Shown here one piece after another: positions 19,292-20,000 of a DNA stretch of 20,000 nt (positions are counted from its first letter, which is position 1; the number at the start of each line of letters is the position of its first letter). Source of the DNA: Asterionella formosa (Eukaryota); contig NKIB01013009.1 of the NCBI GenBank assembly GCA_002256025.1, positions 45,860 to 65,859 on the forward strand, given 5' to 3'. A program made the position numbers and the translations under genes. The notes under the pieces are model-generated. The model searched no databases, was not told the origin of the DNA, and saw nothing but the letters and a program-made list of their open reading frames with translations.

Positions 19292-20000
19292 CCACTTAAA
19301 AACTGTAAGCCACCGCTACGGCCACTTTTGAACTGTAAGCCACCGCTAAACGGAGTAAACGCACGGTTTGAACTTATTTTACAAGATACGCTATTTATTG
19401 TCACGAACGAGTTGTTCAGATTTATATAGCGAGTAAATACTTCCGTACTTGTATTGTTGCATTGTGTACATTGTTAATTAGGTATTATCGCCCAAAGGTT
19501 GCTGTCGACGTGAAATTGCGAAAATTGGATATTTTCACGTTTACTCGATTGAGCAAGCATCACCTTTTATATACGTATTCAGCTATGAGAATATTCCTCC
19601 GCTAGAAAACTAATTTAGTATCCTCTAAAATTTATTTAATATGGCTACGACGTCATTGCGCTTTCGCTCGTGCGCCATAATAAAGAGATAAATTCACTAA
19701 TGGAAAACGTCAAATAGGAATTCCTGGCGCGCCCGAATTATGAGTACAAAAATTAAATGCAAACACACAACAGTCACCCATCACCCATCACAATACCAAC
19801 ATCATGACCTCGAAAGCGCCTCGACAAGGCAATGTCTTGCCTCGAAAGAAATTGTCTCCTGAAGAGTTGGTCAGTGTTCAGATTTGTCTTAACAATGTGA
19901 TTAGGGAGCTAGAAGCTAAGAAGGCTAACAATGGTGGAAAAATGCCTTATGGTGCTATTTCTAGGACAGTATCAGCTAAGCAATGCATTTTCCCTTGGAT
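19292..20000 (+). mobile_element. Left end of a TA-flanked TIR transposon related in end structure to the 11335 MITE; continues beyond the window
   Basis: TA|CCACTTAAAAACTGTAAGCCACCGCTA, with the 18-bp AACTGTAAGCCACCGCTA repeated at 19301 and 19331 (same offsets as in the MITE). An AT-rich leader and an open ORF follow. The other end is not visible. Confidence 0.7.
19804..20000 (+). CDS. 5' part of an ORF inside the element, candidate pogo/Tc1-like transposase
   Basis: 65 codons open to the window end: MTSKAPRQGNVLPRKKLSPEELVSVQICLNNVIRELEAKKANNGGKMPYGAISRTVSAKQCIFPW. The GK.PYGAI...PW segment looks HTH-like. The catalytic domain is not visible. Confidence 0.55.
   Translation, partial: MTSKAPRQGNVLPRKKLSPEELVSVQICLNNVIRELEAKKANNGGKMPYGAISRTVSAKQCIFPW

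Overview
Eukaryotic DNA, most likely from a diatom or other stramenopile. Support: short GT-AG introns with CTAAC branch points, a DUF6824-type gene, a bipartite plastid-targeting N-terminus and compact gene spacing. There are six host genes: a 5'-truncated choline-transporter-like protein, a DUF6824 protein, a TPR + TylF-like methyltransferase, a DHHC palmitoyltransferase, dynactin p150Glued and a four-TM membrane protein. A ~5 kb transposon island (about 8.6-13.5 kb) holds a decayed Harbinger-type transposase and a TA-flanked MITE, into which a 1411-bp Harbinger-like deletion derivative (ACT duplication) is nested. A second TA-flanked element with the same end architecture as the MITE starts at 19292 and runs off the window. 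The most unusual signal is clusters of TA-CC(W)GG-TA and TA-CWG-TA units in intergenic DNA. They directly abut every identified CCA...TGG element end and may be stacked excision footprints that serve as re-insertion sites (inference). Family assignments come from motif recognition by eye; no searches were run.
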